This document shows positions 23,450-35,854 of a stretch of 64,000 nt of DNA, one piece after another. Each line of letters begins with the position of its first letter. Positions within the stretch are counted from its first letter, which is position 1. The stretch comes from Octopus sinensis. Lineage: Eukaryota. A program made the translations under genes and the position numbers. The notes below the pieces were generated by a model, which was not told the origin of the DNA, did no database searches, and saw only the letters and a program-made list of their open reading frames with translations. The DNA lies in contig NC_042998.1 of assembly GCF_006345805.1 (NCBI RefSeq), positions 98,952,001-99,016,000 of the forward strand, in the 5' to 3' direction.

Positions 23450-23968
23450 ATGTATATATAATATGTGTGTGTGTGTGCGTGTATACATATGTACACAGGC
23501 ACACACTCACACACTCACACACAACAAACACAATGAAACAAAGACACTGGTACTAAGCACCAGCTCTTAAAAGCCACTTGGAATTTAGGAGTAATTTAAT
23601 TTTAAATAATGTCACAAACAGTCACTGACTAGACTGGCCTGTCATGCTCTCCATAGCAATAAGTAAGTTCCTCTAAAACTTGCAATATTATCATGATCTC
23701 AGTTAAACTTAGTTCCACCATTCCACAGTGACAGAGACATCAGTGTATTGTACATACCATTCATAGGAAGTCTAGTTCTTGTTGCAAGCAGCCAGATAAA
23801 AATCATCACATAATAAATTTAGAGTGTGTCCTTGACATAGATGCAATGAACTACCCACACATATAATTTTGGACCTGAACTCACAACCACTTGTCAACAA
23901 AGGTGCTTCTACAAGGATACATGATCTGCAATAAATAGCAGGACAAATGTCCCTCAAATTACACAATA

Positions 23969-24143
23969 CAAGGGGGTGCTAAAAAGTCTAACCTTCCAAG
24001 TTCTTTTACAGAGCTTAGAAAAACTGAAGGACAACTGCAATAAGTGTATGAATCTGAGAGGGGAATATGTTGAATAAAATCATAATTAATTGATCCTCTC
24101 GTGTTTCCTTTTACTCAAATCCAAATTTGCAGCACATCATCAT
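23969..24143. mobile_element. Mariner-type MITE
   Basis: tacaagggggtgctaaaaagt start; shares gaatctgagaggg...ttgaataaaatcataatt with 22786-22987. Confidence 0.6.
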
Positions 24144-24944
24144 ATATACATGTGTGTGTGCATGTGTGTGTATTAGTAAAAAATTTAACAAAAGGTCACA
24201 AAAGAATGTTATCAGGGAAAGAAACCAATGGTATGGTTTTTGTTAGAAACTGATGTGTGTCCATATTATATGTCTGGAAAAAGTCAATGGTGAGGTCATT
24301 GTAGGAATGCTTCTAACAATGTCTAAAGAAAATTGAAGGCATGATCATTGCTGGAAAACTTCTGATGATATTTTTTTAAAATTGAGGATAAGGCCATTGT
24401 TGGAAGCTTCTGGTAATGTCTGTAAATAATTTGATTATGTGGTCATTGTTTGTAAGCTTCCAATCAAACTGACTTGGGGCTTAACAGCTATGTCAAAGAC
24501 AACAGTAACAAGCAGGACTTGCTAGAAATAACTGCTTAAATTGACATCATATCACATCCTATCATCTTAAATAATGAAGGACATTATGATGATGTAGTCC
24601 TAGAGACATTATGCTTGAAAAAAGATAGGATGGTCACAGCTGGAATGTCTTTGAACTTAGGTCTGTTGGATCAGAACTGACTTGGGGTGACTAGTTTTTG
24701 ATTTAATTAGTATGACTACAAGTGGTAGAATTCAAAAAGGTGGTTAAAAATATTGTTGGAAAGATAATGGATAATCTTGTGAGTTTCTGTCAAGTCAGCT
24801 GCTAGACATTGAGACTTAAGTGTATTGGATACTCAAAGAGGTAGTATGCTCAAGACATGGTGAGTAACTGACAGAAAGTAGTTTTCTGGTTGCACTTCTC
24901 TGGACACTGCCAGAAGATTGAAATTCTGGACAAAATGAGGATTA

Positions 24945-24986
24945 TGTGTGTGTGTGTGTGTGTTTATGTCTTTGTGTGTGTGTGTG

Positions 24987-25033
<47 letters not shown>

Positions 25034-25045
25034 CACGTGTGTGTA
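24945..25045. repeat. (GT)n microsatellite
   Basis: Seen directly. Confidence 0.95.
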
Positions 25046-25046
25046 C

Positions 25047-25330
25047 ATCATCATCATCATTTAATATCTACTTTCCATGCTGGCATGAGTTGGATTGGTT
25101 TGACATGGAGCAAAGCTGTCCAGACTCCAATTGTCTGTTGTGACATGGTTTCTACCGTTGGACGTCCTTCCTAATATCAGCCATTTAACAGAGTGTACCA
25201 GGTGCATTTTATGTGCCACTGGCTAAGGTGGGCTAATGCAGCACTGGCATAGGTGCATTAATGCAGCACTGGCATGAGTGCATTAACACAGCACTGGTAC
25301 AGGTGCTTTCAAGTGGCATGAGCACCTGAG
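25047..25330 (-). mobile_element. Degraded RTE-type 3' tail
   Basis: (cat)n followed by ttccatgctggcatg; includes a 25-bp tandem unit gcagcactggca x3. Confidence 0.6.
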
Positions 25331-25965
25331 AGGACAAAGTTGTATGTGTGGAAGACAGCAATTTTACTCTGTGTGTGTGTGTGTGTGTGTTGATTTTAGA
25401 AATATTATTGCTTACAAATGTTCCAAAAATGTTTTTTAAAGCTTTGAAGAGTGCTCTGCAAAGATGAATAAATTCAAGTTCAAAGCAATAATATAGCCTC
25501 ATTGAAAAGACATTAATAATTAAAGACAAGCTACACATTTAAATTCATACACATACTCATATTATTTAACTTTGTTTTATGGTGTTGTGTGTTGCAATTG
25601 CTTCTGGTGTTAAATGCATGGTGAGCTTCCAGGAGAGAATTATACATGTCTGGCCACTGTAACAGTTGGAATCATGAAGTTTCCAGCTTTCAATTTTCAC
25701 AGCTTCATAAATTGCATAGATCTTTCTTAGTTTGTTCTTGGGTTTCCATGCTTGTGATATGTTGTTAGTAAGGTTTCTGATCTTGTTTTTGCAATATATT
25801 ACCAGTATCAGTTTGTGGTTTTGTATTCCATTTGGGTCATTTGATTGTGTTTATCTTTTCTGTACCTGATATACATTTAATTAATATAATGCACTTTATG
25901 TGTCATATGTGTATTTTTTATTGGGATACTGTCTAATATATTTATTGCATTGTAATACTGTTTAT

Positions 25966-26396
25966 GTGGAGGCGTAATGGCCCAGTGGTTAGGGCAGCGG
26001 ACTTGCGGTCGGAGGATCGCGGTTTCGATTCCCAGACCGGGCGTTGTGTGTGTTTATTGAGCGAAAACACCTAAAAGCTCCACGAGGCTCCGGCAGGGGA
26101 TGGTGGTGATCCCTGCTGTACTCTTTCACCACTCTAAAGGCGGTGCTCCAGCATGGCCGCAGTCAAATGACTGAAACAAGTACAAAAAAAAAAAAAAAAA
26201 AAAGGCTCTGTCAGGGGATTGTGGCGACCCCTGTTGTACTCTTTCGCCACAACTTTCTCTTACTCTCTCTTCCTGTTTCTTGAGTAACGCTGCGATGGAC
26301 TGACGTCCCGTCCAGCCGGGGGGAACACATACGCCACAGAAACTGGGAAACCGGACCCATGAGCCTGGCTAGGTTTGAAAAGGGTGACGTTTTTTT
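25966..26396 (+). mobile_element. Composite tRNA-derived SINE with 13-bp TSD
   Basis: A/B-box head tggcccagtggttaggg...ggtttcgattccc; perfect TSD taatactgtttat at 25953-25965 and 26397-26409. Confidence 0.9.
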
Positions 26397-26764
26397 TAAT
26401 ACTGTTTATAATCATCGATGGCTTAGTCTCCCAGTCTGTTTGATTAACTTTTCTTAATTAGTGCTTGTTTTATTCTATGATATCTTTACCGGCATTTCAT
26501 TTGTGGAAGAGAAACAAAATACTCTACTGAGCAGGAATTTTATCACTGACATTTTGTAGTTATGCAGCAGGCTTTTGCCATCTCCATGCAACCATATGTA
26601 TTTGTTTGTGTAAATCAATGTCATATTTCTATTGTTTTAACTTGAATGCTTATATTTAGAAATGATGTAATCTTAGTATAACTTTTCTATAGTATGTTTA
26701 ATTTTAGTACTGACTTGTTCTATAGATCCTCTTAATTTCTCAACATCTTTCAATGTGTTTATTC

Positions 26765-26970
26765 ATCATCATCATCATTTAGCATCCATTTTCCATGCTG
26801 GCATGGGTTAGATGGTTTGATTGGAACTGGTAAGCTGGAGAACTGCATCAGGCTCCAATCTGTTTTGGTTTGACACATAAAAGGCACCTAGTACACATTG
26901 TAGTGTGGTTGGCATTAGGGAGGGCAATCATCTGTAGAAACCAAGCCAAAACAGACTGGAACCTGGTACA
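26765..26970 (-). mobile_element. Degraded RTE-type 3' tail
   Basis: (cat)n...ttccatgctggcatggg... Confidence 0.6.
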
Positions 26971-28202
26971 TGTAGTTGTAGAAAGTTTTTTTTACTAACA
27001 TTCCAGCAGCAGAAACAATTGAAATTATATTAGGTAAGGTATACAAACACCCAAAAATAATGCTACCTATGATACCAGCAAAATTATGCTAAAAAATACT
27101 AGTAACTTATACAACTGAAGTACATATGAATTCATTGTTCCACAGTATATTTTTTGGAAAGATTGGATTATTACATATGTACTTTTGATACAATTAATTA
27201 AAAAATGGATGCATTTTTTTAATATTCTCTACTCATCTATGAAATAGGATTGGCATAGATATTTTGTGAAAGTAAATTGATACAGGTGACCTACGACAGA
27301 CAATGGTTTAGTATATTAGCTTCAAACTCAGTAAACAAGCAGAAACCTTTTTCTTTTTTTCTTAATTTCTTCCTCTTTTTTATGATTTAATTAGATGAGG
27401 AAAAAGCAGCAACCAGGAAGTCTGACCCAAATACCTGCAACACACCAGACTCTGTTGCATGCTACAAAAGCCAATTGGTGGTATTAAACAAGGAGACAGA
27501 TTAAGTCTGCCTCTTAAAAACCACCAATGATCTTCCATGCAGTTTCGAGATACTAAGTTATACTCACAAGGCTTTACTTGACTTAAGGCTATGACAGAAA
27601 AAAAGACATTTGGAGATAGAACCCTAAACCACACACTGATGAAGTGAAATTCTTAACCACAAGGCTATACCTGTGCCCCAAATTCAAAGGTAATAAATTA
27701 TCATGCACAAAATTATGTGAGTGATATTAAAAAGAAGATATATTCTTCCTTTTATCCTTTTATTTGTTTCGGGAACACTGGGAACACCACCTTGAAGGAT
27801 TTTATGGTTCATCAAACTGTAGGACTAATAGTTATTTTAAGCTTATTACCTGTCCTATTGGCTGGACTGCTAAGTCATAAACAAATCTACACTTGTGTCA
27901 AATGATAAAACTTCAAATATAGATATGCACATACACACATACAAATATATACACATACATACGCAAGCGTGTGTGTAGGTTTTTCTGCACTCCATCATAC
28001 AATTTCACAATTTCACTCACAAGATATCAGTCAACCTGGGAACATAACGAAAGACACTTGCCCATTGTACTGTGCAGTAGCACTGAAAGCAAGACCATAC
28101 AGCTGTGAAGTAAACTTCTTAACCACACAATTATGATTACATGTATCCTATGTGTGTGTGTATATATACATACACATATACACATATACATACATACATA
28201 CA

Positions 28203-28238
<36 letters not shown>

Positions 28239-28245
28239 TATATAT

Positions 28246-28764
28246 ATTATTTAAGTAATATCAAGTAATAGAAAAAGAAAATAGAGAACCTGACATATAG
28301 ACATCAATTTATTTGAACATATTCAGTTATGTACAATATCAAATTCTTTGCTCATACAGCTGTTTCCATGACCAAATAATTCAATTTGAGGAATTAAATT
28401 AAATCAAATCAATTGAAATTTTGATATCGAATATCGTTAATTGAGTATTTCGTCAGGGAAAAAAATTCAATAAAAAAGGAGCTACACTCAGTGTGCTGGT
28501 TGACCCTGAGTCAGTCAAGGGTCAACCAACACATTGAAAGTAGCTCCTCTTTTTATTGAATTCTTTCCCTGAAGAAATACCCAATTAATGATATCTGATT
28601 TGAAAATTTCAATTAATTTAATTTAATTCCTCAAATTGAATTAATTGGGTATGGAAACGGCTGTAGGAGCAAAGAATTTGATATTGTACATAACTGAATA
28701 TGTTCAAATAAATTGATGTCTATATGTCAGGTTCTCTATTTTCTTTTTCTATTACTTAAATAAT
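28246..28764. repeat. ~520-bp imperfect palindrome (inverted pair of a hammerhead-bearing element)
   Basis: Arms mirror around about 28512 (ggttgaccct...agggtcaacc). Confidence 0.9.
28559..28678 (+). ncRNA. Type I hammerhead ribozyme candidate with extended stem II
   Basis: AATTCTTTCC-CTGAAGA-A-ATACCCAATTAA...TTAATTGGGTAT-G-GAAAC GGCT GTA-GG AGC AAAGAATT; predicted cut after 28665. Confidence 0.65.
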
Positions 28765-28884
28765 TTATACCCATATCCATCAGGGTGAAACTAACATCTT
28801 TGGTTTTTCACTGACACTGAATAAAACCAGTGAACTTCGATGCTGACATCCCTTTAAGAGGATTTTATATCCTTTATTCAATTG

Positions 28885-29277
28885 AGGAGTGGCTGTGTGG
28901 TAAGTAGCTTGCTAACCAACCACATGGTTCCGGGTTCAGTCCCACTGCGTGGCATCTTGGGCAAGTGTCTTCTGCTATAGCCCCGGGCCGACCAATGCCT
29001 TGTGAGTGGATTTGGTAGACAGAAACTGAAAGAGGCCCATCGTATATATATGTATGTGTGTGTATATGTTTGTGTGTCTATGTTTTCCCCCCCAACATCA
29101 CTTGACAACCGATGCTGGTGTGTTTATGTCCCCGTAACCTAGCAGTTTGGCAAAAGAGACCGATAGAATAAGTACTAGGCTTACAAAGAATAAGTCCTAG
29201 CGTCGATTTGCCCGACTAAAGACGGTGCTCCAGCATGGCCACAGTCACATGACTGAATAAAGTAAAAGAGTAAAAGA
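28885..29277 (+). mobile_element. Full-length tRNA-derived SINE
   Basis: Same family as 23039-23449; A and B boxes; gagtaaaa tail. Confidence 0.9.
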
Positions 29278-29289
29278 TATATATATATA

Positions 29290-29690
29290 TGGGGCGATTG
29301 TTGGTGTCATGTAAATGGCACCCAGGAAATCATAGTTATGGCCATTGTCAGCAGCATGATCTTCAGATACTGGGCCTCACACAGGTGATGACAAGCAACC
29401 AAGGCCTTTGGCAATATGCAGTGCTTGAGAAGACTCGTTAAGCCAAGTGAAACCATAGTCATAGCCATTGCCAGTGTCATGTACATGGCGCCTGTGCTGG
29501 TGGCACATAAAAATCACCCATTACATTCTTGGAGTGGTTGGTGTTAGGAAGGGAATCCAGCTGTAGAAACCATGCTAAATCAGATTGGAACTTGGTGTAA
29601 TCCTATGGCTTGTCAGCTCTAATCAAACCGTCTAACCCATGCCATCATGGAGAGTGGATGTTAAATGATGATGATGATGAAGATGATATA
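29290..29690 (+). mobile_element. Degraded RTE LINE 3' end
   Basis: ctttggcaatatgcagtgcttgagaagac..., ggttggtgttaggaaggg..., (atg)n. Confidence 0.7.
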
Positions 29691-29708
29691 TGATATATAT
29701 ATATATAT

Positions 29709-30324
29709 AACTTATAAATAAGGGCAAACGAAAAAATTTCTAATGCCAAATATGCCGAAAATTGGACATATTGTCCATAACCATATAATTTTTCACAATA
29801 CGCACACTACTCGAAAAAAAAGCCGACAGAAATTTCTAAAAGATTCCATTATTACCATATCGGACCGATTTCAGGGTTAGTTCATAAGAACCCTCCCTTC
29901 ATCAGTGATAAATGTGGCAAAGAAATAAATGAAATACTTACTCATACCCATGGAAGAAGCAAAACACTAAGTCATGAGCACAATTAAGTACCCCAAATAC
30001 ATCCAAAATAGAAATACTCCAGCCCATTCAAGACACATGCGATTTGAACTAAGGTTCTCACAGAGTGAGAGAGTCCGGAAGTGAACACTTAAATTTATAT
30101 TTAATGCAGGATAAAATTTTTTTCAAAAGAAAAAAATTTTATCAATGGCCAGCATATTAAAAAATACCTTTAACGGTTAAAATTATAAACAACTTATAAA
30201 TAAGGGCAAACGAAAAATTTTCTAATGCCAAATATGCCGAAAATTGGACATATTGTCCATAACCATATAATTTTTCACAATACGCACGCTACTCGAAAAA
30301 AAAAAGCCGACAGAAATTATTACC
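29709..30324 (-). mobile_element. Non-coding ~1.3-mer element with ~125-bp terminal direct repeats and an internal hammerhead (retrozyme/Penelope-like)
   Basis: Direct repeats 29709-29834 and 30191-30318 (period 482); hammerhead at 29852-29911. Confidence 0.7.
29852..29911 (-). ncRNA. Type I hammerhead ribozyme candidate, core intact
   Basis: TTATCA-CTGATGA-AGGG ag GGTTC ttat GAACT aa CCCT-GAA-ATCG gtc CGAT-A-TGGTAA; AUA triplet, cut between 29858 and 29857. Confidence 0.8.
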
Positions 30325-30378
30325 GTCCAACCCATGCTAGCATGGAAAGCGGACGCTAAATGATGATGATGATGATGA
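30325..30378 (+). mobile_element. Extreme 3' tip of RTE LINE
   Basis: gtccaacccatgctagcatggaaagcggacgctaaa(tga)n. Confidence 0.8.
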
Positions 30379-30407
30379 TATATATATATATATATAATAT
30401 ATATATA

Positions 30408-30446
<39 letters not shown>

Positions 30447-30540
30447 CAACAATTGAGGGTAAAATTAATTAATTAATTAATCAATTTCACCAAGTATTCA
30501 GTATGCAAAGGGACCATTTAAGGCAAATTCAAATTATTAC

Positions 30541-30806
30541 ATTATATAAAAGGGCTTAGTAAAATAAATTACTTTGCCGCATACTGAACTCGTTAGAAAT
30601 AGCAGCTAAAAAAACTATTTCTAACACTTAAAGAAAACCTCTCTCATATAGTGCTTGCTCAATTCAACCCAAGAATGGGTTGAATTGAGCAAGCACTATA
30701 TGAGAGAGGTTTTCTTTAAGTGTTAGAAATAGTTTTTTTAGCTGCTATTTCTAACGAGTTCAGTATGCGGCAAAGTAATTTATTTTACTAAGCCCTTTTA
30801 TATAAT
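30541..30806. repeat. Perfect palindrome, 131-bp arms, 4-nt loop
   Basis: 30541-30671 is the exact reverse complement of 30676-30806 by hand comparison; lies within an element starting at about 30441, between (TA)n tracts. Confidence 0.9.
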
Positions 30807-30842
30807 ATATATATATATATATATAAATGTATATATACATAT

Positions 30843-30903
<61 letters not shown>

Positions 30904-33900
30904 TATATATACATCTATGTATGTTTGTATATATATGTATATATATACATGCATGTGTGTGTGTGCATGTGTGTGCGTAAACACCTCCTTGTTTTGATGT
31001 TGCATGAAAGTTGCAAATCAGTTTCGCTATCAAACAAAGTAGTGTAATTTGTTTCCAATCTTCCATGCAAACATGTTCAGGTATGGGCAAATTTTACCTT
31101 GCTTGGAAACAAAGTATGGTTTGATGATAAGAAGGACATCCAATTGTAGAAAATCTACCTCAATGAATTTCATCTGATTCGTGCAATCATGGAACTATGG
31201 ATGCTAAAATGACAAAGCAGAAGAGGACAATGACAATGGCAATAACAAGGATAACGAGAGGGAGTCTCTTATTGATTATCATATTAAATTATTAAATTAT
31301 CAACTAAGTAAATTAGAACTGATCCACAGGTAATCATCAGTGTATGTTTATTTTAATTTATCAAGAAAATTTTCATTTTGGACTACATTAGGTTATAAGC
31401 TGTAACCTTTTGAAAATTTTGTGCTACATTTTATGAAAATGAGTGAGCGACAATATTACAAAATAAATCAAATCTTTCTCAAAACAAATCACACCATCCT
31501 AAAAACAATAGAAATAATGGATAATGTAGTACTAGATACCTCTTAAATGGTGAATAAGCCTGCTTCGGTTCATGCTGACCTGTGGTTAAACAACAATAAC
31601 ATCTGCCAAATCAATCTCAAGCAACACAATACCATGTTATAAAAACAAATGAGACACTGAATGATTTAAGACTTAGAGACATTATGTGTAAAAAAATGTG
31701 ATGGCCACAACTGGAAGGCTTTGATGATAATTCTGCCAGATCAGATCTGATCTGGAGTTAAACATTGCCATATTTCTGAACTCTGTTATTCCTTTTCCCC
31801 TTGAACAGAGACGTATTTAAAGAAAACTATCTCATGATATTGTAGCAGTAGCATAGTACTATTATTGATCTTAACTACTCTCATGACATGAGATTATTGT
31901 AATGAATCCAATGTTAATCAAATTAAAATTAACTAACTGCAATGACTTAGCCATTAGAACAAGGATGGGGAACCCCACCACGAGCACAAATACGCCCGTG
32001 AGCCCATTTTACTGTGCCCGCAGGCTTATATACTTATATGTACAAAATATAGTCAATTTTTCAATCGTAAAATTTATACAATATTCATATGCCTGTTTGC
32101 GACATAGGTCACATTTCCACTACGACTTAAAAAGGTCAGGCTCGAACAGAAATCATCCGATAATTGCCATTTGAATGTTTTTGCAAATGAAACACATATT
32201 GCTAGGTTTGTACCACCCCCTTAAGACCCAACTGCACTCTAGCTGAAAAATATAGAATACCTCATAAGTAATAAAAATGTCCTAAATTCAGTGGTGGAAT
32301 TTATGAAGATGTTACATGTTAATTTAATGTGTTAAACATATCTTTACTAATGTCTATCGAATTATGCATAGATATACACAGATATAAGAGTTAGAACTTG
32401 TGATCTGCCTGCAGACCTTTTTCTTAGGAAATTTTTGTCTGCTGCACTAAAAGGTTTCCCCACCCCTGCTTTAGAAGTTAAAATATATTACAAGCATATT
32501 TTAACTAACCAAATGTTTGTTTATTCCTAATCACTGCTTGGCACTGATGCTTCTATTTTTATAATGACCAGGCTGTCCACTAGCACAATTCAGTCACTAA
32601 TGTTGATTGTTTTTTTTTTTAGTTAAAGCTACAGCTCTGAATTTGTCCAGAGTTATCTCTTTTTGGTATTGAGAAAAGCTAAAGAGCCAGAAATGTGCAT
32701 CTGGGAATCTGCTAGAGGGAGACACTAGGCAGATATGGTGTTTTTGCACCTTTTACCAAAAGAGAGAATTTTTCCAACATAGTAACTGCAATGAATTTGC
32801 CTTTAGAAGTTAAAATGTGTCAAACATATTCTAACTAACCTAAAGTTCATTATGTAAAGAGTTATATAACAATGTTAACTATAAATTGGTACAACAAAAG
32901 TTACAGCTGATAAAGTCAATAATATACTGTTATACTTGGATAGTAGTCCTAATCCAGTGTCTAGTTAGACACCACCATATGATCCTTGGTTATCTTTAGC
33001 AAAGTCCACACTGTTGCAAACATTCAGGTTATCTTTCTCCTATCCTCCCACTAGTTTTGAAGGACATGAAAAATGCTATAGACATCCTTTCTTCTCTAAG
33101 CCATAGAAAATAAATAAAATACTGATACATATGTCAATGGTTTGTATCTGTCACTGATTTATGATGTTCCTGGAAAAAAAAGCACTTAATTTATAATAGA
33201 TGAATATTCATTTCTGTAAATATGAACTTTAAATGCCTCTCGAGAGTCAAGAGATTATCAGATATCTGATTATTTGCTGCCTACCTTTCATTACATGAGT
33301 GAAGTAGATGAGAGACAAGACTTCTCTGATTAGGACACTGATCCACAAGAAGCTACATTTGCACTTCTTTCCAACAGTCAAGTGAATTAAATAGAATAAA
33401 ACATTCTGACCAGAAACAACTAATATACATCTGCAGCAGATATAACTTTTGATCTATGAAAAGTTATATATCTATGAACCAACTTATATATAGTTGTTGA
33501 CCGGTGCAAAGCAGAGATTTTGTATAAGCGATGTTAAAGGTGCAAGGAAGGTAGGATACCGTATAATTGACAAATGTTACTTAGCTTGCAGTGATTGAGT
33601 TTAAATTCTTCTAGAGCAGGTATAGGTAGTCTTTTATGAGAAGCAGGTTGCATGAGATATGACTCCTCATGAGGTTAGCCTTACTAGTAAAAAGATTCAA
33701 GTTAATTTCTCATTAGCATGCCATTCAGAAACTTCTAAAGGCTACAGTTTCCCATGATTGTTCTAGATACCGCAATGTGGTAATAGCAAACTATTTCACT
33801 ATATCTCATTCTGAAAAACTAAACAAAGACATAATCTTCAGTAGTGCCCCAACAACCCATCAGATTACATTCTATTTTCTTCATTTCACAGAGCTTCATG

Positions 33901-34677
33901 AGCATCTGGATCAGTATTTATTCCTAATTTCTGTTTCAGTATGTAGATGAAAAGAAATTTTACCTAGAGAAGATGGCTGTCTTTTGATAAATATATTTTT
34001 CTTTTGGTAGAGTTGAACTCACTAATTCAAGCTAATAATCATCTATTAGTTTTACTATATTATCCCAGTTTTCAGTAATTTATATTACCCTGTAGTATCT
34101 ACTTACAGAGAAATCAACTTAGTATTTGGATTCAAGGGCTTTGGCTCTGAACATTTCGTATAATAGAAAATAAATCTCAAACCACTTCTCTGATTGGCCA
34201 ACACAGTCATTCATTTTCCAAGGATTTAGAGACATTCCTGGTTGAGATAATACTCAAAGATATACTGCAATTTTTATTTAATTCATGACTACACATTAAA
34301 CAATTTAACTCCTTAACTCATAAAATTTTATCCAACCTTTAATTATTTTTCTTTTTGTCTTTGTTACAAAAATGTCTGTTTTATGTGCTGCCTTTGAAAA
34401 TGAAGATAACACATTGATCAAAGTTCATTGGTGGCAGAACCTCCCACTAGCTCAGTTTCCATCCATGTTATTGAGATAACATTAATAATGAAGATGTTCT
34501 CAATAAACCCTGAATACTATTTCAGTAAGTAACATATGTATTAGAATTACAACTATCAACTATGTGTATTTCAGTAAAACTTTGTTTTCCCATTTCTTTT
34601 CCTTTTTATTTTTAATTCATAAAACAACTTTGAGATCTCAATTGGGTAACGGTTCAACATCATTGAAGACAGTTTTG

Positions 34678-35400
34678 ATGATATCTGAGAAATGGTCTCT
34701 GAGGGTATATGTTGGACATTCATGGAGTTATCAGTAGTATATCTGTGAGACGTCTTTGAAAGCATCTATGGAAACGCATAAGATGGACTTTAATGGAATA
34801 TCAGTATGAACATCTGGTAGACATTTAAAAGGATAAAAGTATGAAGTTGCTTGTGATGACAGTGCTATGGAGACATCTGTGAAGATATCTGTGAGATGAC
34901 CTATGTGGCATATTTGAGAAAATTTATGAAGATACCTGTGGTTATATATGTGAGACATCTAGGATACATCTATGGGATATTCATCTGTGATAAATGAGTG
35001 AGAACATATGTAGTACAAATTTATAGGAAGCAACATATCTGAGATAATCTGGAAGACATCTGTAAGGATATTTACAAGAAAATTGTAATAAGATATCTGT
35101 GAGAGTAAGACATTTGTGAGATAAGACATATGTAAGGAATTAAAAAGGACATAGGGTAGATACATGTAAGATTTGTGCTGTGGAGCACCAGTAAAAATAC
35201 CTGAAAGATATTTTCTGGATATAACTGAGAACATCCGTCAAATATCTTTGAGACATTTCTGAATCTATGCACTTCCATTCAATATGATAGTGATATGAAA
35301 GCAAGGCATATCTGGATCCACTTCCTTGTACGAGACATCTGTGGGGACATATATGAGATGTTGTTGGATATACACTCTCATCTGAGAGACATGAACTATA
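34678..35400. repeat. Degenerate minisatellite (gagacatctgt / gatatctgtga-like unit)
   Basis: Recurrent gatatctg(t)gag(a), gacatctgtg, gacatatgt motifs. Confidence 0.55.
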
Positions 35401-35577
35401 TAACATCTTTGGGTCTATATACTCCTTATTCCTGTGAAATATGACATTGGAAATTGGCTGCCTGCTATGTACACTTCTGGAGAAATGACTTATGGCAATA
35501 AAAGATCTAAGATGGCTAGAGAAAGAACTGTTCAACCCTTCATTAATACCTATTTGGTCAAATTTTTTATCCGTAGA

Positions 35578-35735
35578 TGTAGGTGTGGCTCTGTTTTAAG
35601 AAGTTTGCTTCCTAACCACATAGTTTTGATCTCAATCCCACTGCATGGAACCTTGGGCAAGTGTCCAACCTCAGGCCAACCAAAGTCTTGTGAGTGGATT
35701 TGGTAGACAGAAACTGAAAGAAACCTGTTTTGCAT
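35578..35735 (+). mobile_element. SINE 5' half
   Basis: Homologous to 28885-29040. Confidence 0.7.
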
Positions 35736-35741
35736 GTATAT

Positions 35742-35832
<91 letters not shown>

Positions 35833-35854
35833 GCATACATACACACACACACAT

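Noticed and set aside
25968-26040. tRNA gene (also at the heads of 23039, 28885, 51514)
   Set aside because: A/B boxes are present but there is no complete cloverleaf, and the sequence continues into SINE bodies.
30480-30640. Hammerhead in the perfect-palindrome element (catactgaa + hairpin)
   Set aside because: Core reads CUGAAUA or CUGAACU rather than CUGANGA, and GAAA is not positioned next to the stem.
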